64,000 nucleotides of DNA from Octopus sinensis (Eukaryota): positions 163,928,001-163,992,000 of the forward strand of contig NC_042997.1 in assembly GCF_006345805.1 (NCBI RefSeq), given 5' to 3'. Each line of letters begins with the position of its first letter. Positions within the stretch are counted from its first letter, which is position 1. Both the position numbers and the translations under genes were made by a program. Shown here piece after piece: positions 13,294 through 26,279 of this stretch. The notes under the pieces are model-generated. The model was given only the letters and a program-made list of their open reading frames with translations, was not told the origin of the DNA and searched no databases.

Positions 13294-13512
13294 CCCTCCA
13301 GAATTTAAACCAGTCATATCCAGCCCAAATATTTCACCTGTTTTGTGTCCAAACTGGTTAGATCCAGCCTCTCACACTTATCATACAATGTCATTCTAAA
13401 AATAAACAATCACATCGTTGAAATCTCAAAACCACGAGATAATATATGATGAATTCAAAACAATATGGACAAATAAGCATTATGTCTGGCAGAGAAATCT
13501 GAATGCTAAAGG
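13294..13512. mobile_element. piggyBac-type MITE (family P2), degenerate right end
   Basis: ttaaccct...tctgaatgctaaagg; homologous to 56316-56535 and to a partial reverse copy at 6687-6770. Confidence 0.75.
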
Positions 13513-14050
13513 TTGAGGATGCACTGTTCTTCACTGTTGTTCTAGCTTAATATTTGTCTATCAATAATTAATTGTACTATATTTTATAGTTTTTTATAGA
13601 AACTTCTTAACACTCAAAATGCTACAGTCACTATGAGGATTTTAATGCATTCATTAGAACAAATGAAACTCATGGATATTCCATGGGGTTTGCTAGTGAA
13701 AACTATGAACTGGAGCTGTTTGAAATTGTGATGGTAGAGATGACAGTGAATGACAGGTAAGATAGAAAAAAAGGGGGTGGGGATGGAAAGATAGGAGAGG
13801 AAGTTGTGAAAGTATTACTTGAGGGAGTAACAGTGAAAGATAACAGAAAAAGAAACAAAAGGGAAACACTGATGAATTGATAGACATACAATCATACACA
13901 TACACATATGTGCACACACATATACACAAATACATACTTATATATACATATATACAAACACTGAGACCTGCAATAATGTATGATATTGGTAGAGTACTAG
14001 TCAATAGATATGTGGTGGTGGTGGTGGTGGTGGTGGTATTAATAGTAAGT

Positions 14051-14283
14051 AAGGCAGCAAGCTGGCAGAAATGTTAGCATGCCGGGTGAAGTGCTTTGTG
14101 GTATTTCATCTGCCGTTATGTTCTGAGTTCAAATTCCGCCGTGGTCGACTTTGCCTTTCATCCTTTCGGGGTTGATAAATTAAGTACCAGTTACGCACTG
14201 GAGTTGATATAATCGACTTAATCTGTTTGTCTGTACTTGTTTGTCCCCTCTGTGTGTAGTCCCTTGTGGGCAGTAAAGAAATA
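14051..14283 (+). mobile_element. tRNA-derived SINE family B with 15-bp TSD
   Basis: A-box-like agctggcagaa and B-box gagttcaaattcc; TSD ggtattaatagtaag at 14035-14049 and 14284-14298. Confidence 0.88.
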
Positions 14284-14807
14284 GGTATTAATAGTAAGGA
14301 GTTGAGAGCAAAGAACTTATTTTTGTGGACTGAAAGTAAAAAACAAAAATTGTACAATTTAACACATGCATCATAGTGCAAGTAATTATTGCTGTGCAAT
14401 GTTGTTGCCACCACCTCATCAACTAAGACTACCAACAGCAAACAAAAGCTATCACAAATAACATATAAATATCATCCTCACCACTATCACCACCCACCTT
14501 TTACCATTTATCTCTTTCTTTTTTTCTCTGTTATGTGGATGCTAGCCTCTTCTCTCTCTCTTACTCCATCCTCCTCCTCTCTCTCTATTTGAATGTCATC
14601 CCTTAGCATGACACAAAAAGTAGGTAGATAGGAACACACTATTTTAGTAATATATAAATAGCAGTGGAGCAGTTGTTGCTGCTTATCCATGAGTATACCT
14701 TCATTAAAAAGACTTTTGATTAATTAGCTTAAAAACCACCCTATTGGGTGGCTTTTAAGGGTTCTTCATTGGACCTTGGGCCCAATAGTGATGCTTCATG
14801 TATTGAA

Positions 14808-15200
14808 TACTCTTTTACTTGTTTCAGTCATTGACTGTGGCCATGCTGGAGCACCGCCTTTAATCAAGCAAATCGACCCCAGGACTTTGTAAGCCTAGTA
14901 CTTATTCTATCAGTCTTTCTTGCCGAACTGCTAAGTTACAGGGACGTAAACACACCAGCATCGGTTGTCAAGCGATGTTGGTGGACAAACATAGACACAC
15001 AAACATATACACATACATATATATATATACATACATATATACAACAACTTCTTTCAGTTTCTGTCTACCAAATCCACCCACAAGGCTTTGGTTGGCCCAA
15101 GGCTATAGTAGAAGACACTTGCCCAAGGTGTCATGCAGTGGGACTGAACTCGGAACCATGTGGTTGGTAAGCAAGCTACTTACCACACATCCACTCCTAC
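14808..15200 (-). mobile_element. SINE family A, full length
   Basis: tactcttttacttgtttcagtc ... ggtaagcaagctacttaccacac, with internal (TA/CA)n. Confidence 0.88.
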
Positions 15201-15755
15201 ACATTAAATTTTATTAAACTTAACCAATATTTTTGAAGCAATGAACAATTTTCATCAAAATGATGATATAATTTGTCGACTTGGAACATATTGCAAAGCA
15301 GCATGATAAACAACATCTTTTGTCTTCCCATTCGGGGGTCAGCACAATTTTTTCCGATCTAACCTCTTTCTTTCTCTCTCTTTCTTTGATAGATAGAGTA
15401 GAAGATATAGATGTTTAATTTTGGGGAAACTTTATTTCAATTAAAGTGTATTTTATATATATGTGTGCGTGTGTGTGTCTATGTCTATTATATATGTATG
15501 TATAGTGTTAGAAGTGGTGTACAGATATTGAATATTGAGAAAAGAGGAGGTCGCCAGAATTTTGGAAAAAGAATGTTTTTACTTAGTCATTATTATTAGT
15601 GCTTTCGATCCTCTTTGGACTTGTCAAATAAAATTGTGAATGTGCAAACAGATTGTTCATTTATATAAATCAGGTGTTTTTCTTTTGTTTTGTTTAGAAA
15701 AGGAGGATATTGTTTTTGTGTTTGCTCTTTGGGGTGAGGTTCCAAGACAATAGAA

Positions 15756-15756
<1 letters not shown>

Positions 15757-15820
<64 letters not shown>

Positions 15821-15821
15821 T
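15757..15821. repeat. (GATA)n/(GACA)n microsatellite
   Basis: Direct inspection. Confidence 0.95.
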
Positions 15822-16338
15822 AAAGAGGTAGAGAGAGGGAGAGGAAGGAATTTCTTTTCAATTCAGACTGTTTTTACCATTTATTTACTTATTTAATTTT
15901 TTACCACTGTATAGCTACTGGCATGTGACATGAATTCAATGAAGGTGACTTCTTTTAGGATGGGGAAAATAATGAAAAAAGGATGGGGTGCAGCCATCAC
16001 TAAAAGCATATTTTTTTCCTCAAGGAAGATAAGAAGTTCTATGAAAAATTAAATACATATATATGTATATATATTATAATATAATATTAAAATTAAGGGT
16101 ATCTAAGAGATACCACCATGCTAGAAATAGCAGCCAAAACTTGACTCTAAAACCACATTAAATATTCATAGAGCACCAGGAGAAAAGACAAAGAGACAAA
16201 ATAAACTAGCAAAAAAAATTGACTGGATAATTTCAGATCCCAGATTTCTGGCTCAGCATTAGAAATGCTTTGCCTTCATCAGTGCAATATATGCAGATAG
16301 CGATCTTATCCTTATTTATACATGTATATATATAGATA

Positions 16339-16379
<41 letters not shown>

Positions 16380-16759
16380 CTGTGAGTTCATGTGTTTGAA
16401 AATATGTCTGTGTCTACACTGTACTTTCAATGTTTTGCATTGAAAAATAAAGTCAGGTTTCTTTTAATTTCATGTTTTTGCATGAAAAAACATTAGTATA
16501 ATATTTACAAATTAGAAAAATAAAACCCACTGTTATAGAGATGAGTATCATGTTATAAATATTGAAGCAGAAACAACAGTAATAGTGTACTTTTTTTCTC
16601 TTTCCTTAAGGTGTCAGAAAGTTTTATATTAAAAAATAATAAAGTCAGGTTTCTTTCAATTTAATGTTTTGTATGAACAAACAATATTTAAAAATTAGAA
16701 AAATACGCAAAGTTAGAATATCCCAATGTTATATATATATACATATATACCTGACTATT

Positions 16760-16797
<38 letters not shown>

Positions 16798-16832
16798 CAT
16801 GTGTGTGTGTGCATGTGTGTGTGTGCATGTGC

Positions 16833-16864
<32 letters not shown>

Positions 16865-18239
16865 ATATGTATGTATCAAAGAAAGCAAAACAAAAAACAA
16901 AAATGATAGTGCTCAGTATGCTGGTTCAGTATGTTGGTTCAAGATTTTCTGTCAAAGAGACATGGTTAAACAAAGTTGTTCATCATTTCTATCTTTCTCT
17001 CTCTCTTATTATTACTACCATTGCCACCATCAACTCTACTACTTTTAATAAAACATCATCAACTCTCCCTAAATTCCTTTGTCTCTCTTTCTCTCTCTCT
17101 CTCTCTGTCGTCACCATAGCCCTCACCATCTTTACTAATACTCTCATCCCAGCATGTGGAATAGTAGAAGTGCCATTGAATAGTGAGAGAGGAGGTCAAA
17201 GTGTGACACACTGACAGTTTTTGTATTTATTATATTAGAAGACATTCCAGCTGTGATCAACTTTTTATTGAGACATAGTATATCTTGTACTACATTATAC
17301 TTTTGTTTACAGATGGTATGGTATGATTTGAGAGAAATTTTTAAAGTTATTTCTAGTGGGCTGAGCAACCACATAGGGGATGCCTCATTGGCTTAAACTA
17401 GATGAACCAGTTTGAAATATTGACCAACAGATAGATAGCTGGCAGACAAATACATATATGTAGTTGATGAAATATACTTTGAGCGATTACTATTTTGATT
17501 CTTTAGAAATTGGTATCAATGAAGTCAAATTTAATTAATTTTGCTGTAGAGAAGATTACCGAGAATGATATCCTTCAGTGGACATTAACTTTATGAATAT
17601 AAAAGTATCAGCAATTTAATATCAACAATTGTAATATTTAGAGACGAAATAGCATTCAGAAATTAAATTTCTTCTTGTCTCTACATGAGGTGTATATCTT
17701 TACACTGTATTGTTATACATTTAATTGAAATAGATCAGTTAATTTCCTTTTCCAAATGACATCTTATATGAGAAATATTTAACTGCTCCACAAAAGCAAC
17801 AAAACATATATTATACACTAAAGTATTGATATAGCCTGGACTAATGAACACACTAAAGCATATATTTTATTGCAAGTTTGGTAAAAATCAAGAATCTAAG
17901 GAAACTGGTGATAGTATGTAATAACAGCAATTAATCCTTAGAAAAATTCCTAGAAGAATTTCAGAAGTTTAACTGCTGCTAGAAATGAATAATCAAATGT
18001 TTTGCACTTTTGCCATTTGCCTTCTTCAGTGAACCAAAAGGTAAGGAACTCTAAAAAATCAAATTCTTCACTCTTCACAGAAACTGAATTTATCAAATTC
18101 TTTTCAGAAGACTCCAATTCACTATAACTAATACAGTATGTTAGTTGTGTGATATCAAAACCAAATGTCAATTGTGGATTATAAAACTTTATTTCTTCCA
18201 GAATCAAAAAAATAGATATAAGTTAAAAACTATAATAAG

Positions 18240-18550
18240 AATACTGACAGCTATTCATTTAGACAAATACCAATTATATACAATGGTCAGTGGCAGCTCC
18301 TTTTCAAGACAGATCTGTTATATATTGTGATGCAACCAATGGCAGCCATTCATTAAAAAAGATAATATTTATATACTGTGAAATAGACAATGATAGCTGT
18401 CCATCTAGACATATACCAATTATGTATTGTGAAATATATAATGATTGGTAATTATTAACACAACTAACAATTATATACTGGGGGTCTATGACAGCTACTC
18501 ATCAAACAAATATCAGTTATATATCTTGGTAAAAGACAGATATTCCTCTA
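18240..18550. repeat. Degenerate ~45-51-bp minisatellite, ~7 units
   Basis: Recurring tgacagctattcat...accaattatatactgtg at about 18245, 18290, 18340, 18391, 18442, 18489 and 18535. Confidence 0.65.
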
Positions 18551-19429
18551 CAGGATACAAATAATATCTCCCTTTCTTCATGTGCCATACTTACAGGTAT
18601 CAATGATAAGGTTTATTATTGTGGAAGAGATTCAGGGCTACTATGCATTATATAAGGGTGGGTGTGGTGAAGTGATGCTGGAAGGGAGATAAAGGTAGTG
18701 GTGATGAGATACCAGAGTGTATCCTCAAGATAACATGTCCAAAATGATTAACAGAAGAGGGTGTAGAGACAAGGATCAGGAAAGGTGAGTAAAAGCACAA
18801 GAGTGTGTGGGGGTGGGGTAAGGAAGAAAGAATAAATGATGCATAGAAATTGAGGTGGAGATGGTCAGATGTATATAGGGGATGAATGTAGTGAATGATG
18901 AATGAGAGTAGGCAGTCAATGGTAAAAATAAGGGATGGATGTAAATAGAAAGTGGCTTGGGGAAAGAAGGAGTGATGACTGGTAGTGCAGAAAAGGTGAT
19001 GATATGTGTAATAATATGTCCTGTTTTCATTAATTAGAATTTCAAAATAATATAGTAAACAGAAGAGTGATGGAGGTATGAGTGAGAAGGAGATGATGGG
19101 TGGCAGCAAATGTAGACTTGACTGGGAAGGATTTTGGATGAGGAGCTCTGTTGTGTACATGCACATTATGCTTCCATAACGTCAGTTTCACCATGCTTGC
19201 ATTGAAGGACAGGGTTTTCTCAAGCACTGCTTATCACCAATCATCTTGATCTTTAGTCATTTCCTGTGAGGTTCAACATCCTAAGATCAGTTTTCATCAC
19301 TTCATGCCATTCTTCTTGGGCTTCCATTGTCCACAGTTTTCATCCACTATGAGTGATCAACATCTTTTTTGTATAGCTTTCCTCAACCATGTACATCACA
19401 TGCCCATATTAACAGTCTTCTTCCTTGTA

Positions 19430-20713
19430 TTAGGTCATCCCATAAGTTCTGTCCAAATTTTGAATAAAGAAAACAAGTGATCAAATGTTATATTTAATTG
19501 AAATTTAATCATCAATGTACTTTCCCTAATTATCAATGACTTCCTTCCATCTATTTACTAGCTTTTTAATCCCATCAATGTAAAACTCTTGGTTTCAAAG
19601 CCCAGGACTCTGAAATGTTAGTTTCAACCTCCTTCTGGCTTGCGTTATGTCCCCCAAATGATTCTGTAAACCACGAAACAAATGGTAGTCTGAAGGAGCA
19701 AGGTTGGGAGAATAAGGTGGATGAGGAATTTTTTCCCAACCAAGCTCTTCGAACTTCTGTGATGTGATCTTTGCAATGTGGGAACGCACATTGTCCTGAT
19801 GAAACATCACTCCCTTTCAATTCACTAAAGCAGGTCTTTTTTTCTTCAAAGCTTGGTTCAAATGCTCTAATTGCTGACAGTAGACTTGAGCATTGATTGT
19901 TGCATTAGGTGGTAACAATTCAAAGTCAATTACTCCTTTGCAATCCCACCAGATAGAGAGAAGAACCATTTTTCCCATGAAGTTCACTTCTTGGTTGTGA
20001 TTGAGCTTTTTCCCTTTTACCAAGCTACTGTTTACAGCATTTAACATTTCGATAGAAGATCCATTTTTTTATCAACAGTCACAAGTCTATCCAAAAAAGG
20101 TAAAATGAGTTCATGAGAATGGAGAGAAGAGCAGATGTCAACTCGGGATTTGTGGTTGCTTCTGGACAATTCGTGAGGTACCCATTTTCCAAGTTTAGGA
20201 ACCTTTCCAAGTTGTTGAAGATGACGATGAACAGTTGTATGGTCTGAACTAAGCTTTTTCGTCAATTCTTCAACTGATAATGCAGGATTTTCTTCAAGTA
20301 ATGCCTCAAGGAGCTTATCATCAAACTAAACTGGATGTCCTGTTCAATCTTCATCTTCAAGGCTGAAATCTCCACTTCTGAATTTTGCAAACCATCTTCT
20401 GCAAGTTTTTTCATTCAAGCATTCTTTCCTATAAACTGAGTGTATGTTTCAAGTCACTTCGGCTGCAGAGCTTCCCTTTTTGTACTCATAAAGCATTATG
20501 TGCCTCAAATGCTCTTTGGATACTTCCATGTTAGAAAGGGTTTTAATCAAAGAAATTTTAATTCTATTATTCTGTAAAATAATATTTAATTAGTTTAAAT
20601 ATACACAAATGGATAAAAATAATTTTTAATTCCATTAGACATTCTAAAATTCTATTAAATTTCATTCAATTTTAAAAAAGGTAAAATTGGACAGAACTTA
20701 TGGGATGACATGA
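19430..20713 (-). mobile_element. Full-length mariner (Tc1/mariner, DD34D-type) transposon, 1284 bp, TA TSD
   Basis: TIRs ttaggtcatcccataagttctgtccaa / ttggacagaacttatgggatgacatga; TA at 19428-19429 and 20714-20715. Confidence 0.95.
19505..20529 (-). pseudogene. Mariner transposase pseudogene (stops and frameshifts)
   Basis: MEVSKEHLRHIMLYEYKKG..., RRWFAKFRSGDFSLED, WVPHEL, FHQDNVRSH, HPPYSPNLAPSDYHLF motifs spread over several frames. Confidence 0.93.
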
Positions 20714-21278
20714 TACATAGTTCTGTTTTTGTCCATTTTTTTCTCTTAACACATTTCTACTCTGTTGTTTATGCACATCTAGCAGAACATGCTTGCTTCA
20801 TCTTTTTTTCTAATTTCTGCAGATCCTCTGCAATCAGTGCCCAAACCTCACTACCAACTTGCATTTTGTTCATACAGAAGCATAATGCAGTCTGCCTCTC
20901 ACTCTGAGAAAGAAAGTTTTTATTCCAACTTAAGTAATAGCTCCTTGAATTTTTTTCCATCTTGTTCTTATTCTTGCTATTACACTTTCAGAACATTCTC
21001 TGCCACAGCTAATCAGGTTACATAGGAAATAGAAATTATTTAATACCTCAAGGTATTATCAAGGTAAATAATAGTATATGTCAACTGATAGATAAACAGG
21101 CATGATTATCTGGTTAAGAAGTTTGCTTCATGATTACATGGTTTCAGAGTTAATCTCAGTACACTGCAACTTAAACATATGATTTGTATTATAGATTCAA
21201 TTGCCTAAAGTATTGGAAATGAAATTTCTGTAAGTGGAAACTGTGTAGAAGCCCATCAAAGCCACTATTCCCATCCTG

Positions 21279-21502
21279 AGGCAGAACTGTTAGCATGCTG
21301 GGCAAAATGCGTAGCTGTATTTCATCTGCCGTTACGTTGTGAGTTCAAATTCCGCCGAGGTCGACTTTGCCTTTCATCCTTTCGGAGTCGATAAATTAAG
21401 TACAAGTTATGCACTGGGGTCAATGTAATCGACTTAATCCGTTTGTCTGTCCTTGTTTGACCCCTCTATGTTTAGCCCTTTGTGGGCAGCAAAGAAATAA
21501 GA
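21279..21502 (+). mobile_element. SINE family B
   Basis: gttagcatgctgggcaaaatgcgtagc...gagttcaaattccgccgaggtcgactttgcc...aaagaaataag. Confidence 0.85.
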
Positions 21503-24277
21503 TTTGTCATCACCACATGGTGGCTAGACACCTTCAGTTGGGTATACTTTATAGCAACCTCTTGGACCAGGCTTCTGATCTGAGAGTAACTACTCCCTTT
21601 GTCTACCAGCTATGGAGGCTGTGAAGGAAATGCCATGGGCACTACTCTTCTAAAGCAAGTAAAAAGTAGGAATAGAAATAAACTTCTAAAATGAACAGGT
21701 TTTAAATATAACCAGAATAGCAATAAAATGGCCTCAGCTAGGGTGTAGGTTATTAAAGTAATTGCTCATAGGCAATGTGCTCAAATCTGTTGGAAGCATT
21801 TCCTTACGTTCCTTGGTAGGACTCTTTACTCCATATTATCTTAGTTCTATAAACTATCTGGAATAGATACCAAAACACCAGGAAATATTACTTTGATCGT
21901 CATAAACAAGGAAAATTGATCTAATCTTCTGGCACTGTAAGCCTTTTCTTGTCTCTTTTGTCTTTTATTTTGGAAATGTTTTTCTACCAGGAACTACTGC
22001 TGTCGTTGTAGCTAACAGCTGTCAAAATTTTCTTAACTGATCTGAATAACTGACAATTCTACTGAGAATGTGCTACAAGCAATGGTAAAAGTTAGATGGT
22101 ACTTTAAAACTATGATTTCTATGAAATCATAACAACAGTTATAGTCATTTCACAACTGACAGCTTACTCATTATACCCTTGGGTTGTTTTCATACACTAC
22201 ACCTTTTGACTAATAAAAACAGAAAATGGCTTTGTGCCTGCTAAAAGAAAAAAAATCAATATTATTTTTAAACCATTGTGGGTTTCCTCTGAGAAGAGAA
22301 TTATTCTTTAAATATTTTTAGGAGACCAAATGCATCCTTTCTCATGCCGATATAGATGCATTCATTCATTACCTCAATACAGATTATTTATTTCCTAACA
22401 ATTTACCAGTGAAGCTTTGTTAGTTTATTAGATAACTAAGCTATTTTTCTCAGATTTAAAAGTTATTTCTCTAGCTAAAATAGAACTATTGTTAAACATC
22501 ACAAGTATATAAAAGAATGACACCTCTTAATTCTATTTTGCAAGTGATCAATGCATGTAATAAATACAACAGGAAAAAAATTATATATAAAGGAATAACT
22601 CTATCCACAGTAATCTCCAGTTATTGAATTTTCCGTTTTATACTAGTTTTTGTATTCATAGCAAGTCAAGGAGCAAAAGGGAAAATGATGAACAAAGCTT
22701 CCCATAGAGTGTCTGAATATCTAATGACCTGGAAATATTGCAATTCTTGGTGTTACATGGTTGACAGTTTATAAGGATAGTATTAATGTGCTCATTGAAG
22801 AGTTTTGTTCTTTGTAAACTTCTCATTCAGAGCAGAAATAATTCAATCAGATTTCATTTTCAAAGTTGAAGAATCAAAACAGTCAATCAGAATATATTTC
22901 ATGAATTGTTTTTCACTTTTAGCTCACATAAAACAACAGTCTCAAATAGTTTTCAAACTATTTGAATACTTATATTAAAAAGAAACTAAAAAAAAAAAAA
23001 AAGATAAATATGCAGATAAATCTGTATCTATAAGAATATGAAAGGTTTCCTCTGCCTTGTGTGAATGTATGTGAAAATGAATTTATTTTTCTAACAAAAA
23101 AAAATCACATCATAAGGGCATAGCTAGATTTAGGAAATCGTGCTACCTAGCCTATTTATTTGTTTATTAGATAACTAAGCTATTTTTCTCAGATTCAAAA
23201 GTTATTTCTTTAGCAAAAGTAGAACAGAAAACATCACTCTCTGATGCAGGATACTACTTAAAATGTTACATTTTCCCCTCTTCTTCATGGCTAACATATA
23301 TAACACTAAAATATTGCACTTTTGAATTGCTTACATTCAAACCATCACTGGTTCCCATGGGTCCTACTATTTACTTTAACATGAAGTTAATAAATTGTGA
23401 AATTGTAATTGAGATGTAATTCATATTAAATCGATAATTAACACTGGATTGTGGGGGACCCAAGAGAGATTAGCATGTAAGAACAAGATGTAAGTACAGA
23501 AGTATGAGAGCCTGTATCAAATAATTCCTTTAGCCCAAAGCATTTTTATACTTGTAAAGAACAGAGATAGTGGCAGTGCAAAATGATAATGATGATGACG
23601 GTGGCAGTAGTGGTAATAGTAGTAGTAGTAGTACAGATGATGGTGGTAACAGCAACTTTATCATAACTTATTTCTTTATCTCAATGTCTTTAATTTCTTG
23701 GAAGCAACTAGCTCAGACTATTTTAATATAATCGTCTAACTTAACTGTAATGTTCATCTTCAAAGATGCAAGTCTCCAGAACTCACTTGAAAATTTCTAT
23801 ATTATTGACACACACAGTTCTCAACATTCAATATTCTGCTGTAAGGTATTTTTACAAACTATATGCTTTGATATTTTCTAGCAGTATCATTAAGAAATAT
23901 AATTAGCATGCAACATTGATTAAGAATTCAGTCCATGATTGGGAGGGAACAAGTGAAAGACAAATAAAGAAACAAAGAATCTTTTAAAAGTTGTTTGAGA
24001 ACTGAAATGAAAGTGCTGGAGGTAGTGATATAGCTTGCAAGATGTAGTTGACAGTATTTGTCAACTACCTGACATAGCTAGCTGCTAGTATTGTGTAACC
24101 TGAGGTCAGCTCTCATCAAAAAGGCCTCTGGCATATGAAGCAGTAGCTCAAACAACAATCTAATAGTCCAAATATACCCAACTCATGCCCATGCCCAAAT
24201 AAATACAGTTCTACTTCTTCTGATATAGAGTATTTTATTATATGAGATTATAGAGTAATAATTAGGATATCTTCTAT

Positions 24278-25290
24278 CTCTTACTTGTTTCAGTCATTGG
24301 ACTGCAGCTGTAACATGCTGGGGGGCACTGCCTTGAAGTGTTTAGTCAAACAAATCAACTCCAGTGCTTATTTTTTTTTTTTAAGTCTGGTACTTGTTTT
24401 ATTGGTCTTTTCTGTTGATCCATTAAGTTACAAGGACATAAACAAACCAGCACTGGTTGTCACACAGTGGATAGAACAAACACAAACACACACACATACA
24501 TATACATATATAATGATTTTGCTTAGGCATAGCAATACTTATAATCTATTGTTAGAACTCAATACACACAGAAAGACAGACAGATACACACACACGATAG
24601 GCTTTCATGCAGTTTCCATCTACCAAATTCACTCAAAAGGCACTGGTTGGCCCAGCACTGTAGTAGAAGACTTTTGTCTAAGGTGCAGGCAGTGAAACTG
24701 AGCCTAAAACCACATAATTACAAAGTGATTATTTTTAATAACACAGATAGGCCTGCAATATGCTGATGCATTGTCACAAACCAGTCTCTTTCTGAAAAGT
24801 CTGTCAGCACTGTTGTTCAACCCTAGGTGAGTTCTACTCAAGCAGACCTATGATCAAAAGATATTCTAGTCATGATCATTGTTTTTATTCTGAGATGGTT
24901 TAACTGAGACAATATCATAAAATTTTTTATCTTTTATCTTTTACTTGTTTCAGTCATTAGACTGTGGCCATGCTGGGGCACCACCTTCATGAAAGTTTAG
25001 TCAAATGAGTCAACCCTTGTACTTATTTTTTTAAAGCCTGGTACTTATTCTATTGGACTCTTTCACCGAACTACTAAGTTACAATGACATAAAAACACCA
25101 ATGCCAGTTGTTACATGGTGGCGGGAGACAAATACAGATGTAAACACACACACACACATAGGCTTTTAGTTTCTCTCTACCAAATCCAAATATTAGAGGA
25201 CACTTGCCCAAGGTGCCATGCAGTGAGACTGAACCCGGAAGCATGTGGTTGGGAAGCAAGCTCCTTATCACACAGCCATGCCTGCACTTG
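24278..25290 (-). mobile_element. Two SINE family A copies (24278-24750, 24930-25290) with an old ~200-bp repeat between
   Basis: Shared ttttacttgtttcagtcatt start and gacacttgcccaaggtgc core. Confidence 0.8.
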
Positions 25291-25300
25291 TATATGTGTG

Positions 25301-25369
<69 letters not shown>

Positions 25370-25402
25370 TGAGTGTGTGTATATATATATATATACATAC
25401 TT

Positions 25403-25442
<40 letters not shown>

Positions 25443-25449
25443 AACCTTC

Positions 25450-26215
25450 TAAGGATGATTGAAGAAAAGTTTACTGGTGGTTCTGGCTGGTTCAATAACC
25501 ATGAAGAAACTACCTCTTGGCTCAATGTAGAGGCAGAAATGGTGTATTAGCAAGTCAACAGGCACTAATCAGTAATGTGCAGGGATACACATTAATGCTA
25601 ATAAGGTGATTATTAAAGTTACTGCTATGTTTGTGTTTGTATTTTCTTTTAATGGACACTGGTTTTAAAATAGAGTGGTATTACATTGGTGTTTTCTAGA
25701 TGTCATTTTTTCTTTTGAAGTTTAATGTAGTAGCAGTGATTGTGCAAACTGTAGCTAACTGTTATAAGAAACTGTGCTACTTATATGTCCATATGATATT
25801 TCATTTCTGGTATTTTTGCTTCATTGCATTGGTAGGTTTGGCCTCTGTGCCACTTGTGATGTGAATATTCAGTTTTGTATCATTTGTGATTTGCTGAGAA
25901 GAAACTAGGATTCAAACAGGACTACTATAATCCATGGTTTATCTGGTATTAGTAAACTAATACTATTTCTTTCTGATGGCCAAAACTAGTATCTGTGAGT
26001 GTGCTAAGTTAATTGTACAGCTGATATTCTCAACTAATGTTCTGAAACCAAGCTTTGATGTATAGTTGGAGACGTTTTTGCAGGTTGGTGAGAATATGAC
26101 TGTATTATCATCTGTATAATGAGGTTATGTGTATGATTTGAAATGTGGGAAGGAAATATTGTTATAAGCTGAAGAGAGGTAGGTCCTTGTGGTATTCCAT
26201 TTGAGAAAATGTGAA
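25450..26215 (-). mobile_element. Old LINE reverse-transcriptase fossil (I/Jockey group)
   Basis: Minus-strand remnants NGIPQGP, YTDD and downstream QKEIV / YSSPV-like C-terminal motifs, with many indels. Confidence 0.55.
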
Positions 26216-26279
26216 TTCTGCATGTGTTGTAATATTCTTATATTTTACTAATGGCTTAAGTTCTGAAGCCATGCTCATT

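Larger units (their letters stand above)
18640..21050 (-). mobile_element. RTE LINE fragment split by a mariner insertion
   Basis: RTE motifs continue across the mariner (EKMDKNRTM|xQGRRL..YGHVM); pyrimidine-rich UTR on the minus strand at 18640-19150. Confidence 0.7.

Noticed and set aside
16664-17214. ORFs rich in CV/HT/YI repeats (also 16-384, 25115-25550, 42412-42745, 55318-55641)
   Set aside because: Translations of (TG)n, (CA)n and (TA)n microsatellites.
17950-18207. 85-aa minus-strand ORF with protein-like composition
   Set aside because: No recognisable domain, no convincing flanking splice sites, and not needed for inversin colinearity. A blastx search would settle it.
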